A DNA stretch of 63,880 nt, counting the filler, from Bipalium vagum (Eukaryota), in assembly GCA_037834085.1 (NCBI GenBank). It is 3 parts of 3 records of this genome, joined end to end, with 100 filler letters (N's around TTAATTAATTAA, not from the genome) between each part and the next. Parts side by side here need not be neighbours in the genome. Positions count along the whole stretch, not along the records: positions 17,883 to 47,902 come from JBBMKC010007511.1; 2 more parts are not named here. One strand, given 5' to 3'. Shown here piece by piece: positions 24,179 through 36,959 of the stretch (positions within the stretch are counted from its first letter, which is position 1; the number at the start of each line of letters is the position of its first letter). Made by a program: the position numbers and the translations under genes. The notes below the pieces were generated by a model, which was given only the letters and a program-made list of their open reading frames with translations, was not told the origin of the DNA and searched no databases.

Positions 24179-25569
24179 ATTTCTCATTCGACGAGTCCTT
24201 AGTTAAATTGTTCTGTAATTGTATAGAAAAACATTATCATTTCAAAGACATTTAGATATTTGGAATGTAAGAGAACTTGAAAAAACTTTTTTCATGAGGG
24301 TCTTCCACTCGAATTCACCTCCCATTTAGAAACTTTAACTATCTTGTTGTGCACCAGACTATTTATACCATATATGAAATAAGTGTTATTCAGAATTCAA
24401 AATTTAGTAAAAAATTGTTACTGATGTCATCAATGAAAAAATGTTAGGTCCGACCGGTCAATGAGAGATTTTCGGATGAAATGAAAGATATCCAAGGATA
24501 CAAAATAATCATACTTATAAGATTACCATGGACTCAATTCTCCATAGATGTCAATTGATCCAGAATTTACAAGAATTAAGGTTTGTTTTGGATTCAAGTT
24601 CTGAAGATTCTAACATACGCAACAAAAAAAGTTAACATGGATTCAATCGGTAATGTAAATGGAAAACCTTTTTTTGAAGATCGACTCAAGGGAAATTTTA
24701 TTTTGTTATTAAAGAAAATTGAGCATCAATGGGGTTTTCAATTCAATGGTAAAAATATCAACTCCAATTAGATCTGAAAAAAACTTATAAATCATTTTCA
24801 AACTTGAAAATTTTTATCAACCTTAATGATATGATTGAGTGAATAGAGTGCGACCATAATTTATTCCCGCAACTTCAAATATGACAATATCTTCTGATAT
24901 TTGCATAAGTTTAAGTAACTCTTCTTTTCTCAGGTCATGCTAATAGTAAGAAAACCATCTGGTTCGCCTATATTGAACTTCTTTTCATCACTTCTTCATT
25001 CAACGTTCCAAACCATTTTATTGTTATCCCACTGCAATAGATGTTCTTAAAAATTGATCTTTCAGTGGTGGTTTTATCATTACTTACATTGCTGTGGTCT
25101 CTTTTGATACATTTAGCTTCAATTTCGGTTTTTCTTTTCTAAGGGAAGTACTTTTATTGCTTGTGTTTCGAATAATTAGACGCTTTGTAATGCCAGAGAG
25201 CTTTTGTTTGGCTTTTTTGGCCATGGTTCTCTTTTATTAATCTGGTATTATTGAAATAATAATGATTGACCTATCATATCTTCAAATTTTCTTTCCAATC
25301 TATCTGAATGAGTTTCCAAAATGCTTGTAAGCTTCAACAATTTATTTATTTTTTCTGTCATCTTAGAACTTTTAGATATTTCCTATCTTTGTATTAGGTA
25401 GGAAGTTACCTCGTTTTTTAATATTTAATTTAAGTTATAAATATTACAAAATTGATTCTTGTTTTATTAATATTAATATATCTTATATTTAGCGAAATAT
25501 TTAAAGTAATAAAAATGTTATTTATTTTACAGATTATAAGTTTTATTTTTTAGTGACCTCCTTTGTCCC

Positions 25570-26110
25570 GGGTACGGAAAATTTTCGATATTGACTCTTT
25601 CATGAATATCTGCGCAGATCTACGGCAAAGCTGCTGCTGAAAATATTAATGCTGTTATAGAAGAATCCATAGATATTCGTCAAGTACAGCAATGTTTTGC
25701 TAAATTCAAGCCTGGTAACTTCAACTTAAATTACACTGAAAGAAGCGGGTGTCAGTTTGAGATTGATGAAACATTACCGTAGGAACTAGTTGCAGTCAAT
25801 CCTTGATTATCGTCTAAGCACGTCACATATCCTGTATTGTAGTGCCACTACAATTAAGACCCATTCACATATGATTGATAAGTCATAAAGAGCAGGTTTT
25901 CGGGAACTGCTTGATTTAACAGAAACGTTAAAGACATTTAGACTTTCGGTTTTCCAATCATTTATTCTGAAGAATAACAGCCAACCGTTTCTTCAACGAA
26001 TTGTCACTGGCGACGAAAAAATGTATGATCATGTATAACGATTCAAATAGAAATAAACAATAGTTATCTTTAGGACAGACTCCGATGCCAATGTCAAAGT
26101 CAAGCCTTCA
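25570..26110 (+). mobile_element. Mariner 5'-half fragment
   Basis: AAENINAV, QQCFAKFKPGNFNLNYTERSG and PFLQRIVTGDEK motifs. Confidence 0.8.
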
Positions 26111-27779
26111 TTAAATTTTTAATTTAATATATTTCTTATCAATAGTTATTTGGAATTTTGAAATTTACTTTTTGTGCGGGAATACTTTCTTATCAATTAA
26201 TTACTGATTCATTCAACTAGTTTGAAGACCCTTTACAGTACCTGATTTCGAGTAACCAAAATTTGAATAATAGTTAATTATATCTTGGAACATCGTAATA
26301 GAGGTTAAGAACTCTAAATATATAATTTTAACTAATAACATTATTAAAGGTGGAGGAATAATTTATTGTCGTACTGCATAACAAAAAAAATTAAGTAATA
26401 ATTTTTAATTTATAATAATTACATTTAAAGCCTAATTTCATTATTTATTAGCTTCACTGCCGTACAGAATTTTCAAGCAAATTTGATTATCATATCATAT
26501 GATTTTTCAATTCTTTATTTTTAAAATTTTATTTAAGTATTACATTTAATTATATAAGTTAAATTATTTATTATATACTTAACATTATATAACAAAGAAA
26601 TTTTACTTAAGTTTATACATTTTATATAAGATATTCAAGATATTAAATCGGAAATATTTCCAATGCTGTATTAAACATAATAATTTTATAAATTCCATTT
26701 GACTTTCATTTGTTTAATTAAGCTAACTTATCGATAATAATAATATTATTATTATTTATTAATATTTTTAAATTGAAAATTACGATTTTATGACTAAATG
26801 AAAGTGTAGCTAGAACCAAAAATAAAATTATTATTATTAGTCATAGTAGTATTACTGGCATTATTATTTTTTTTATTATTATTATTTCACTATAATTTCA
26901 AAACTCGAGAAAATTTTTAATTAATTTCTCAGTTTTTGCTTTCAATTTTTGAAAAACCGACAAGGGGAATCACTTAAACTGAAAACTAATAAATTCATAA
27001 AAAGAAAACCATTGTTGTTGAATTTAAAAGAAGTTCATAGTCATCGTCATTTTAAAAAGAAATAATGCCGTTATTTTTCCCCAGGTAGAAGGAAAGCTCG
27101 TATCCATTATAAACTCTGATATCATTGTGTATTACCAAAAAACTTCATTAATTTCTCGTTTTCGGCATAAAAATCAAAGTCATTTTCATCAACCAGAAAG
27201 TCAAACCAGATATAAACTTAGAAATAGACGGAAAATTATTTAGTTCAATGTTTAGATAATTAATTAATTGACATTGTAATGTTTATTTTAATTTCTTTTT
27301 ATTAAAAACTATTTATTTGACTGGGTTGGGAAAGTGGTTCACCTTGATCGCATGGTCTCTGCTCATTATTCATATAGATATGATATGAAATAAAAAAATA
27401 ATTCATAAAATTTTCAATTTTTAAAAACACAATTTTAGATAGTGATTTTCACTGTTTGTCCTTTTTAACCTCATTTTTCATATTTTTGAATTTATTGTGT
27501 AATTTTTCAGTTTCATAATACATTTAATATTTCTAATATTCAAAAAAGAAATATAAATTCTGATAATTTAGAAAGATATGGCAATGATATTTATATTTCT
27601 GAAGGAAGTGATGCAAAAGATTATTTATGTATAATTTTTTCGCAAATTAAAATATATCTTTTATAAAACGATTATTTTAGAATACTTCACAATTTTCAAA
27701 AAACTTAAATCCTAATTTTTTTCATCAAATGACTTTGACTGTATAACTTCGAAAATAAACTCCAAAGAACAAACAAGAA

Positions 27780-28109
27780 CAATTTTTGAAAAAGAATAGA
27801 AAACTCTTAAGGAGGAATAAAAAAAATCATGTTGGATTATTGAAAGTTTCTCAGATCTAAACTTATAAATAGAAATATCAAGGTTTTAGCACGAAGAACA
27901 TTTAAAGGTGACCTCTTATATTTATGGACAAATTTTGAATGCAAATGTGTCATAATATTAAATACATTGTTGTTGGCATTTTTTAAAAAAATGTTTACCT
28001 TGTTTGCAATTTATATAACAAATTGCAATTATAAACAAATTGATAAAAATAAAAATACGTATCGACTAAAAAATTTATATGGGTGCGAACAGACTTTTGT
28101 AACGGACTG
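27780..28109 (+). mobile_element. Tc1-like 3' fragment
   Basis: Terminus ACAGACTTTTGTAACGGACTG followed by TA (CAGTCCG-type TIR), with weak C-terminal transposase traces upstream. Confidence 0.45.
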
Positions 28110-28399
28110 TATGAAGTCTTTCATTTATTTTTTGAATCTATAACTTTAATTATTTTTTTAATATTAAAAATAGAATTTGTGTCTTATATTAAAATAACTG
28201 GTTAGATCTAAATATTTTGGTAGTTTATTTTAGCGAAGCAATTATCGTAATTATCGTTGGTTGTACCTGATAGAGATTTTTGTGTAGAAGTAGATCAAAG
28301 TAAGTATTAATTGTTTTTATGCCAAAGTTGTTCAATATAAAGAACACACGTATTTAACAATGAATGAAAAAGAGTATGGCTAAAAGACGACATATTTTT

Positions 28400-28800
28400 T
28401 GATTAAGGTTAAAGTCGAAGAATTTCTAGTGTGGTTAACACACTAACTCAGTACTGACCCAAGACAACCTTCTTATATTTCCTCTGCAAATGCACGGACA
28501 TTTCGAACTTAATTTGACTCACGTGGGCGTTGGTTGAAAAGAGCTCTAGCATGAACACGGGATTTTCAGAGCGTTCGTCTGGTTGAAGAAGAGTTCTGTA
28601 ATCCCAATCCCAACAGCTGATAGTTGCTTATAAACTCTCCAGGTTTCTTCCATCGGCCAATCATTAATCACAGCAGGTATATCTTCTCTCTTATGGCTCA
28701 CAGTCCCAAACAGATCCGTCCGGCTGCTAAACCACTACACGCAAAACTCAATATAAATAACGTTTTTATACGAGCATTACACAGCTGCCTTTAAGTCATA
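28400..28800. repeat. Dispersed repeat, possible solo LTR
   Basis: GC-richer block; 28620-28691 aligns by eye with 6211-6282. Confidence 0.4.
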
Positions 28801-29584
28801 CAAAATTGGTTGTTTGATAGACAGTCTCATAGTAAAATTGCAACTTGAATCTCAAGAAAACCTTAATACTCATTTGAGTTTTAGAATGATAAAAAATCAT
28901 TGAAACAAAAGACGTTATACAAAAAATAACTACGTAAAGGATCATATTACATAAAGTATTTTTTCGATTTTTGAAAATGTTATTGGTCTGTCGATTTTTT
29001 CTAAAAAAAACTATAACAGATGTATTTTATAAAATTGCTAACATTTCTCAAATTTGACCATATAATTTCGTTTAATATAGCAAATCTTTCTGTAAAAAGC
29101 AGTTCTTTAAGCAGTTAAAACTTTCCATATACCTTAAGGATATTCACATTATTTTTAAAATATTAATTTTCTGATCAGGAATTAAGTTTATTTCTTATGG
29201 TCCTCGAATTAATTATTTTCATAACTAATGCAACTATCAGTATAAAAAGAAATAAATAAAATTTTGAAATTTAAATAAAGTTGATTAATTAAATCATTAT
29301 GTATGTAATAATTATTGTAATTTAAAATTATCAAAAGTAATAATAGTAAAAGTAATAATTAAATAGAATATTCATAATTCAGGTATTAGCTTTGTTTTAC
29401 TGTGTGAAATATATTTGAATTTACTCTCTCATTATTCGTTATAATTGAAATTAAGATCGAAATTTTTGAAAATTATTATTATGTTACAAAGAACTCCAAA
29501 GAATATTGATAATAACAAAAGAAATGTTTGTTTTTGAATAAAAAAATTTATTTCCTTTACATTTTCTATTTTATTTATTTCTAG

Positions 29585-32500
29585 AAATGCATTTATCAGA
29601 AAGCCACAGTATATCATGCGGCTTTTGTAATATTTTTGGAATTTTTTGCATTTGGATTGCTGACTGCTCCTATGATAACTGTTTTGGATGAAACTTTTCC
29701 TAGACACACTTTGCTAATGAATGGTCTAATCCAGGGTGTGAAAGGATTTCTTTCTTTTCTTAGTGCTCCTTTGATAGGTGCTATGTCAGATGTATTTGGT
29801 CGCAAACCATTTTTATTATTGACAGTCACTTTTTCATGCTCTCCTATTCCACTGATGAACTTCTCTCACTGGTGGTACTTTACCATGATTAGTATCAGCG
29901 GGATATTTGCAGTAACATTCAGTGTAATTTTTGCTTATGTTGCTGATGTCACGAAAGAAGAAGATCGAAGTTGGGCTTATGGGTTTGTATCGGCTACATT
30001 CGCTGCTAGTTTAGTTATTAGTCCTACAATCGGAGCTTATTTAGGAAAAGTTTATAGTGATAATTTTGTAATTGCTTTGGCGTCTGCCGTTGCTTTGTTG
30101 GATATTTTCTTTATTTTGGCATGTGTTCCAGAGTCATTAACTGAATCTTGTAGAGTTCTCTCGAATAGTGGAAAGAAAATCTCTTGGGAGAATGCAGATC
30201 CATTTGGGGTTACTTAATATTTTTATAAAATGATACTTTAATAAGTTTAGCATTTATTTAGTCTTAATTATCATATAATATTATCAGCTGAAAATTTTTG
30301 TATTAGATATTCTTAGTTGGCCAAATCGGCTTGCAATTAGAGAACTTAATTTTTTTATATTAAATCTCCCAGTCACCACAGGTTTCCTTTCAAAATTTGG
30401 TTAATATATTAACCAGGTGCATGATATTTTCAGGATCACCTTTGTCTATCTAAATTAAATTTTGTTTTCATTAGATTTAATAGGGCACATTTCGATTGTT
30501 TATAAAAAATTGTTTTGTACATTTTTACTATTGTCCAATAAATTTGATATTAAGATTTTATTTTAAAAAATCAGTATTATTTATATTGTCATTGCAATAA
30601 TCATCGTATTATTTTAAAACTTTAATTTTCACCAAATATGAATTAAATTATTGTTTCATATCAAATGAAAAGCCATTTGAACTGTTTTTATCAGAAAAGA
30701 ATCTCAAATTTCAGACAATTAAAACTAAATTACGAAATGAAGTTATGGATTTAGAAAAGCTGAGGGAACTATTGGTTAATGAAATATCTTCAAGGAGTTC
30801 AAAACTCAGTAAATTGCACAATGAAGCTTAACAATATTCGATTAAGTCTTACAGAATCACAAATATCACTGTCACAAATTCGCAAACTGTTTCGATTTTA
30901 AACATATTATTCCATATATCAATTGACAATTCAGAACAAACTGGAATCAAATACAATCTCATCTTGGAAGCAATGAAGTTACATTTTTATTCTAAATCCA
31001 ACAGATGAGTCATTTTGACGTTCAGTTCCAAGTTTTCCATTGAAAAATGTAAACTGTGTTCTTATATCAAACATCCAATTAATTCTGTTTCCCCATAAAT
31101 CGATCATCTCAAGCTCGTTTTTCCAAAAAACCATTATCGACACAATGTTATCCCCATCTTAGTGGTGAAAAATAAATTCTCCAATTTTAAATTACCCATG
31201 ATTTCCCGCTGACATAAAGATTTTATCTTTCGTGACTTCCATCGAAAAAAATTGTTTTTAATTCATATATCGATGGAAACATGTAAATTGATTCTAACAT
31301 TTTATTTCATAGAATAATAACCAAATTACCTTATTATTAGTGTATTTTAAAAATGTTTTTTAATTGATTTTAATCGTTAATTTAAACAACGGTTTTTCAG
31401 GCACATCAACTATAATAAATCATCTACTATTGATTAATATTTAAAAATCAATAAATAATTGATTTTCAAATTTGTTACAAATATTAATTATTTAGTCTTG
31501 ATTGATCAGCTGATTTTAATCATTATTATCCTTCCTGGTTATTTTATTGAATGATTGAGAATAACTCCATTTTTCTAATAAATCCAATAAAAGATCAAGG
31601 ATGTGACTATTAATACGATTTTGTGAAAATAGTACTATGAATATTAAATAATAATGTACTTTGAAATTAATAGTGAAAAACCCTTGAAAACTGTGTGGTA
31701 CCCTTTTAAATTATCAATAGTTGGAAAGATACGCATTTCAAATGTCTGACAAGTGATGACTGGAAATGGTCTTCGCTGCAGTTGTAAAACTGATATTGAC
31801 GAAGGTCGCAAACTTAGTACGATAATAACAATAATATTTTTTCGGTAATATGAATAAAATAAAAATTTTGTTAACTAAACTATTAATAATAAAAAATAAT
31901 TATTTTTATTATATTAATATTTGATTCAGAGAATTATGAAATTTCTATTATTTGATTTTCCTTCGCAAAATTTAAATAAATGATTTATTTAAAAAACCTG
32001 CTTATCAAAATGGTTATTAATATATGGTAGTTATTCTTTTTTCGATATAATAAGATATAATATTAGGTTTGGTAGTCAGATTAGGATAAAATACCCACAT
32101 TCACTCAAAACTTAACAGTCTTTTTCACCAATAAAATTTACCCCAAAATAAATGGAATTCAACAATTTTACCGTAATAGTTAATAAAGACTGGTCTTTTT
32201 TGCAGGCTCTTCGGCGAATTGGCAATGACTATCTTATTCTAATCCTTTGTATTACCACATTTCTTTCATTTTTGCCAGAAGCCGGTCAATATTCGTGCTT
32301 CTTCGTCTATTTACGACTGGTAAGAAGTTAAGTAGTTTCAGTTCTCGGCTTTTTTCAATAATTCATCTTAGGTATTGAATTTTACAGAAGAAAACGTAGC
32401 ACTATTCATTGGATTTATTGGAATATTTTCTTGTATTGCTCAAACTATCTTTCTCGATATTTTAATGAGACATGTGGGTCCCAAGAAATCAATTATTGTA

Positions 32501-35500
32501 GGACTGGGATTTGAGATGCTCCAATTGACTATTTACGGATTTGCAAATCGGTGGTGGATGGTGTGGATGGCAGGTGGCATAGCGAGTGTTGGCTCTATCA
32601 CTTATCCAGCGATCAGTGCTTTTGTGTCCAAGCACGCAGAAGCAAATCAACAGGGGGTAGCTCAGGGCATATTGACGGGTATTAGAGGACTCTGTAATGG
32701 TCTCGGGCCAGCTATGTTTGGCTTCACCTTTTATATTTCTCAAGTGGACTTATCGGGCCAATTGAACCTCGATAATGTAATACTAAATAAGAACGTAACT
32801 GTTCAGATTTCACCGGTGTCAATTTCTGAGGTTAATTCAACATTTTGTATTGCATTAATAAATTTCAGATATTTGTTTAATAATATTGATTTTATTAATT
32901 ATCAAAAAATTATTTTCAAGTCATTCAATAAATTGAATTTTTTTATTTCAAAAATAATACATTAGTGTTTTTGTTGTTTATCATCTTTCTTTTTTTATGT
33001 TATCAAAAGAATAAGGAAAGGCCAACAACAATGACCCCTATGGTATTATAAGAATATTTTTTCGATAAAACGAGATTAAACAGAACATATATTGCGTATT
33101 AATCTTATTCTTTTAAATATTTTTTAATTATTAACTATTTTATATTGATTGAATATTTAAGTTAAGTAATTTATTTTTAATTTTTATTGATTTATATTTC
33201 TGGTTTCTTAAATATTTTTTTAAATTAATAATTTTAAAATTAAATACAGAAAAAATTTTAATAAGCTTGGTAATATTGAATCCATTATTCTGTTTGCTAA
33301 CTTTTCCCAAAGAAAACATTCGAAAGTCAGTCGACAATTGTCTAAAAATGAATTTAAAAAATTTTTAAATTAATTTTGGAATTTTTGATTTTTAGAGAAA
33401 ACATTAATTTATGATTTTAAAATATCAGTTTTTAATAGAAATAATGTCACTGTCGGAGAATTATTCCAAAAATCATCAGAATAATATATCAGTAAATAAA
33501 ATTCTCACAATTTCACAATGTGCTCCTCTATGAATTGTGACTAATGTGTGAGAAATCTTTTCCTGTATATGCAGCCCAATCTAGGCTTTACTCTAAAAGA
33601 TTATATCAAACAATGAAAACATTCATACAGGGAACTTCAAAACATATTTATGAACTTGTCAGTAGTGAGAAGTCATGTATGCCAGAAAAACTGACAGTTA
33701 AAGAGAATGATATTTTGATATTGTAACATGAAAAGTAAATTTCGTGGTCAATAGTTTTTTTGTCTGAATCTGACAAAGATTTCAAATCATATCTTTTGAG
33801 GATACCTTCCTTGGATTGGAATAAATACATCAAGAATTGGTTAGAGCGAACTGAAGAGTAATATACAAATTATAATTCTGAATAGTTTGAAAGTTGTCAT
33901 TGATTTTTTGTGTTAGCAAAAAAAGTTCAATGTGAAAATAATTTCCATTTCAGTATTTGTTTTTAAAAAATGTTATTGAATATTTTTGTAAATATTGATT
34001 TTAAATAAATATTATAAAATATTTTGTGAAATTAATTTCTGGGAAATTTAGTTTGTCAAAAAATAATTGTTGATTTTAAAATATTTTTCATTAGTTTTTA
34101 TTATCGATTAACTTTTTTCCGTATGAAAGAACCTTTTTAAAATGTATTAAAAGAATAAATTTCATCTTCAGCACAAAGAATGGGTAGGAGTTGCGATACT
34201 AGTTAATTTTATTCTCTACTTATAATGTTTGAAGAAGTGAGAACTTAAGAGAGATATGTTGTAGTTACACTTTTAGAAATCAAGTTTATGATAATATTAT
34301 TTGAAGTTAGAAAGAGGTAATTCATTTTCAGAATCTTACACAGTTCTTTAAGAAATGTTTTCAAATTTGGTTTTCAGAGAAAATCAACTAGAGTCGTTAT
34401 CTTCTTCTTCCAAGAAGTCTCCAATGGATTCGCTGTCCTCATCACTTAGCACACTACGCCATCTTGTGTGCTAAAAAGTTCATTCAAAGCTAAATGCGAT
34501 TTTTTACCATTTCCATATAAAATATCTACTACCACTAACTGAATTCCATGATCCAAACATAGTTGATGTTCAGTCTTCACCAACTTGTCAAGTTTTATCA
34601 CCACTGTCGCTCCGTCATTGGTAATACAGACACATGGATCGAGACGTAACCGAAATTTAGATAACTTATTCTCAACCAGGTCAATACATCTTTCTGCAGA
34701 CATTGGTCATTCTATACGAACTCCTCCGATATTGTATAATTGAGAATAATTGTGGATATTAATATTTAAGTAGCGATGATTGCTTATCACTCATCAATTG
34801 TAAGTGAAAAAAGTTTTCTTTTTCCGTTTTCTCGTTTAATTCTTTTACATAGCTTCGTCTAATCTTTTCTGCATAAGTTTAAACAAAGCTTCTAATAGCT
34901 TGAACGGATTTTGGTAGTAATAAAATTTTCATTCCATTACTCTTATACATTGCTTAATAGATGATCTACCAATTGATTAATGAAATTCAATTTGTATATG
35001 ATTTTTTGAACAACAGAAAGTCTTTAAAATTGTTTTTTTAATAAAATAAAATTTTTTTTAACTCTCAGATTTTACCATATTAAAATAATTTCTCGTGATT
35101 TTTATCATCCTAAATAGAGAATCCTTCCTGGTCCACCGTTTGCTTTTGGCGCAGTGCTAGTTCTGTTTGCCATTCTCGTGTCCACTCTCATTCCCGACAA
35201 TCCCCATTCATTTTTTCATGTTTCTAACCCCGTCAATCGTAAAAAAATAAATTATGTTGCTGTCAATACATCGAATATCGATAGTAGTCCTCCTGCGAGC
35301 ATTATCGATACCCGTCTATTGGGTGACCGTATAGATTTCACATCAAATTATTCGAAGATTCCCACTGCAAGTGCTTCTGGTAGTAGGGCCAGTGGTGAAC
35401 ATTCTGTGAACACCAATTTATCGTCCACGGAATTTGTCACTAAAATCGATCTCACCGACCGAGTTTCCAACCAGTCCGCAGTTCTGAGAGCAGAAACAAG

Positions 35501-35660
35501 GAGATTCAAATCAAACACTCCAAAATTGATTTTATCTAAGCAAAAAGAGAGTGCAATTTCACGTGGCCTCAAATACATCAGATTAGGTTTGATTTTTTGT
35601 GTCAATTCCTTTGATTTTAATGAATCTTATCTTACAGGCTCAAAGCAAGCTACGTCTTAG
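29585..35660 (+). CDS. MFSD14A: Hippocampus abundant transcript 1 (HIAT1/MFSD14)-like MFS transporter; 5' exon not located
   Basis: Exons 29585-30208, 32206-32319, 32372-32830, 35118-35660, all phase 0 GT-AG. Motifs VYHAAFVIFLEFFAFGLLTAP, MNGLIQGVKGFLSFLSAPLIGAMSDVFGRK, ISWENADPFG, LPEAGQYSCFFVYLR, QQGVAQGILTGIRGLCNGLGPA, ILPGPPFAFGA. The symbol denotes the MFSD14A/B family. Confidence 0.92.
30405..30610 (+). repeat. Dispersed repeat, copy 1 (probable transposon end)
   Basis: Collinear similarity to 47370-47566: GGTGC.TGA, TCACCTTTGT, TAGGGC, GATTGTTTATAAA, AAAAAATCAGT, TATATTGTCATTGCAATAATCATCGTATT. Confidence 0.75.
34140..34990 (-). mobile_element. hAT-superfamily transposase remnant in the last MFSD14 intron
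   Basis: FSLTIDE and RYLNINIH (first catalytic D region), CITNDGATVV (second D) and HQLCLDHGIQLVV (CxxH motif). Confidence 0.78.
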
Positions 35661-36959
35661 TTATGGATCGCGGAATATTCCCAGTGTAGATAAGTTTCAT
35701 TTCATTTTTCCAGATCGATTATGGGTTTTTGGTCGTTCTGAAAAGAGAAGGTCTTCAATTTTGTAAATTTTAATTTGCCATGGACAATACCAGATAATAT
35801 TATTTCGGTAATGGGTCTGAAAATTTAAATGGATAAAACCACTACTTACAATTATAAATCCAATAAATACTACGATCGTCTTTTGAGTTTTTTTCCCTCT
35901 ACTTTTTGGCGGGTCATTTACAAATATTCAATTCTCTTTTATACTAGGGGATTTAAATTATCACTTGTCTCTGTGTTGTTATTCAACATTTTTTAAGATA
36001 TCATCCCATAGTCTTTGATGGGCTTTATAATTCTTATCATGAGCTTGACAAGTACGGTTTTCAGAAAACTACAATAATTTAGATTTAAGTTAGGCATGGT
36101 TTTTTTAAATAGTTTTTTTTTGACAGGTTCAAAGGTTGATTTTGTAAAACTAATTATTAAAAAGTAAACACCAATAATTATTAAAATTTCAGCCTTGTTA
36201 TTAATTGATTCATTTTAATTTTCAACTAATCATTGTTCTTTAAAATAGAAAACCAAAAGCAGTAAAACTGGAGATAATTACTATTATTAACAATTACACA
36301 TTTGTTTACAATCAAAAACATTACTAGTAAAAATGTGTCAATATTTAATGACAGATAATTTTCTTATTATACACTATTATTAATTTTTTCATGTGGATTT
36401 TCTCCTGTAAATGATTTTTGAAATTCGTTAATTTTTCGATATTTTTACATAAATAGGAAAGATATCAAAATCATTTGAATAATTATACTTGAAAATTCTG
36501 CAATACAATATCATGCAAAAGTTTGTAACTTTTCATACGCTTTCCGGTAATCGCTCATAATTATGCTTCCTGGTAAAGTACTGTCTTTCTTAATGGATAA
36601 TAAAGTATTCTAAGATCTTTAAAAAATTTGAATTACCAGTATATATCTACTTAATTATTCCTCTGAAATTTCTAACTAATAAGGATTTGTTGATATCAAC
36701 AAAAATTCTAGGCCCATCAAAATTTTCTTCTGATTTCAGTGAATAAAGTAATTTTCTGAATTTCTATTATCATTTTTACTATTGTGTTTTCCAATATCAT
36801 GGGACGTAGGTTAGAAATTAAATAAAACTTAAATATGTTGGTAAAATAAAATCAACACTATTTTTTAACAAACACTTCTGTCATCTTAATTTTTAAAATT
36901 TGATTTGCATCATTTCATTTATTTTCTTCTTTACTAACATCAACATTTTTTATTGTTTT

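Noticed and set aside
24200-25400. Coding-like decayed sequence, possibly gag (similar character at 1-450, 22700-23130, 33430-33900, 49000-49450)
   Set aside because: No diagnostic motif could be read, so it cannot be classified without a database search.
27085-27243. Acceptor-like TTTTTCCCCAG followed by a 52-codon open stretch as the missing MFSD14 exon
   Set aside because: No HIAT1 similarity, no convincing donor, and it ends in a stop.
29432-29829. Minus-strand ORFs overlapping MFSD14 (also 32489-32743 and 35348-35605)
   Set aside because: Antisense shadows of real coding exons.
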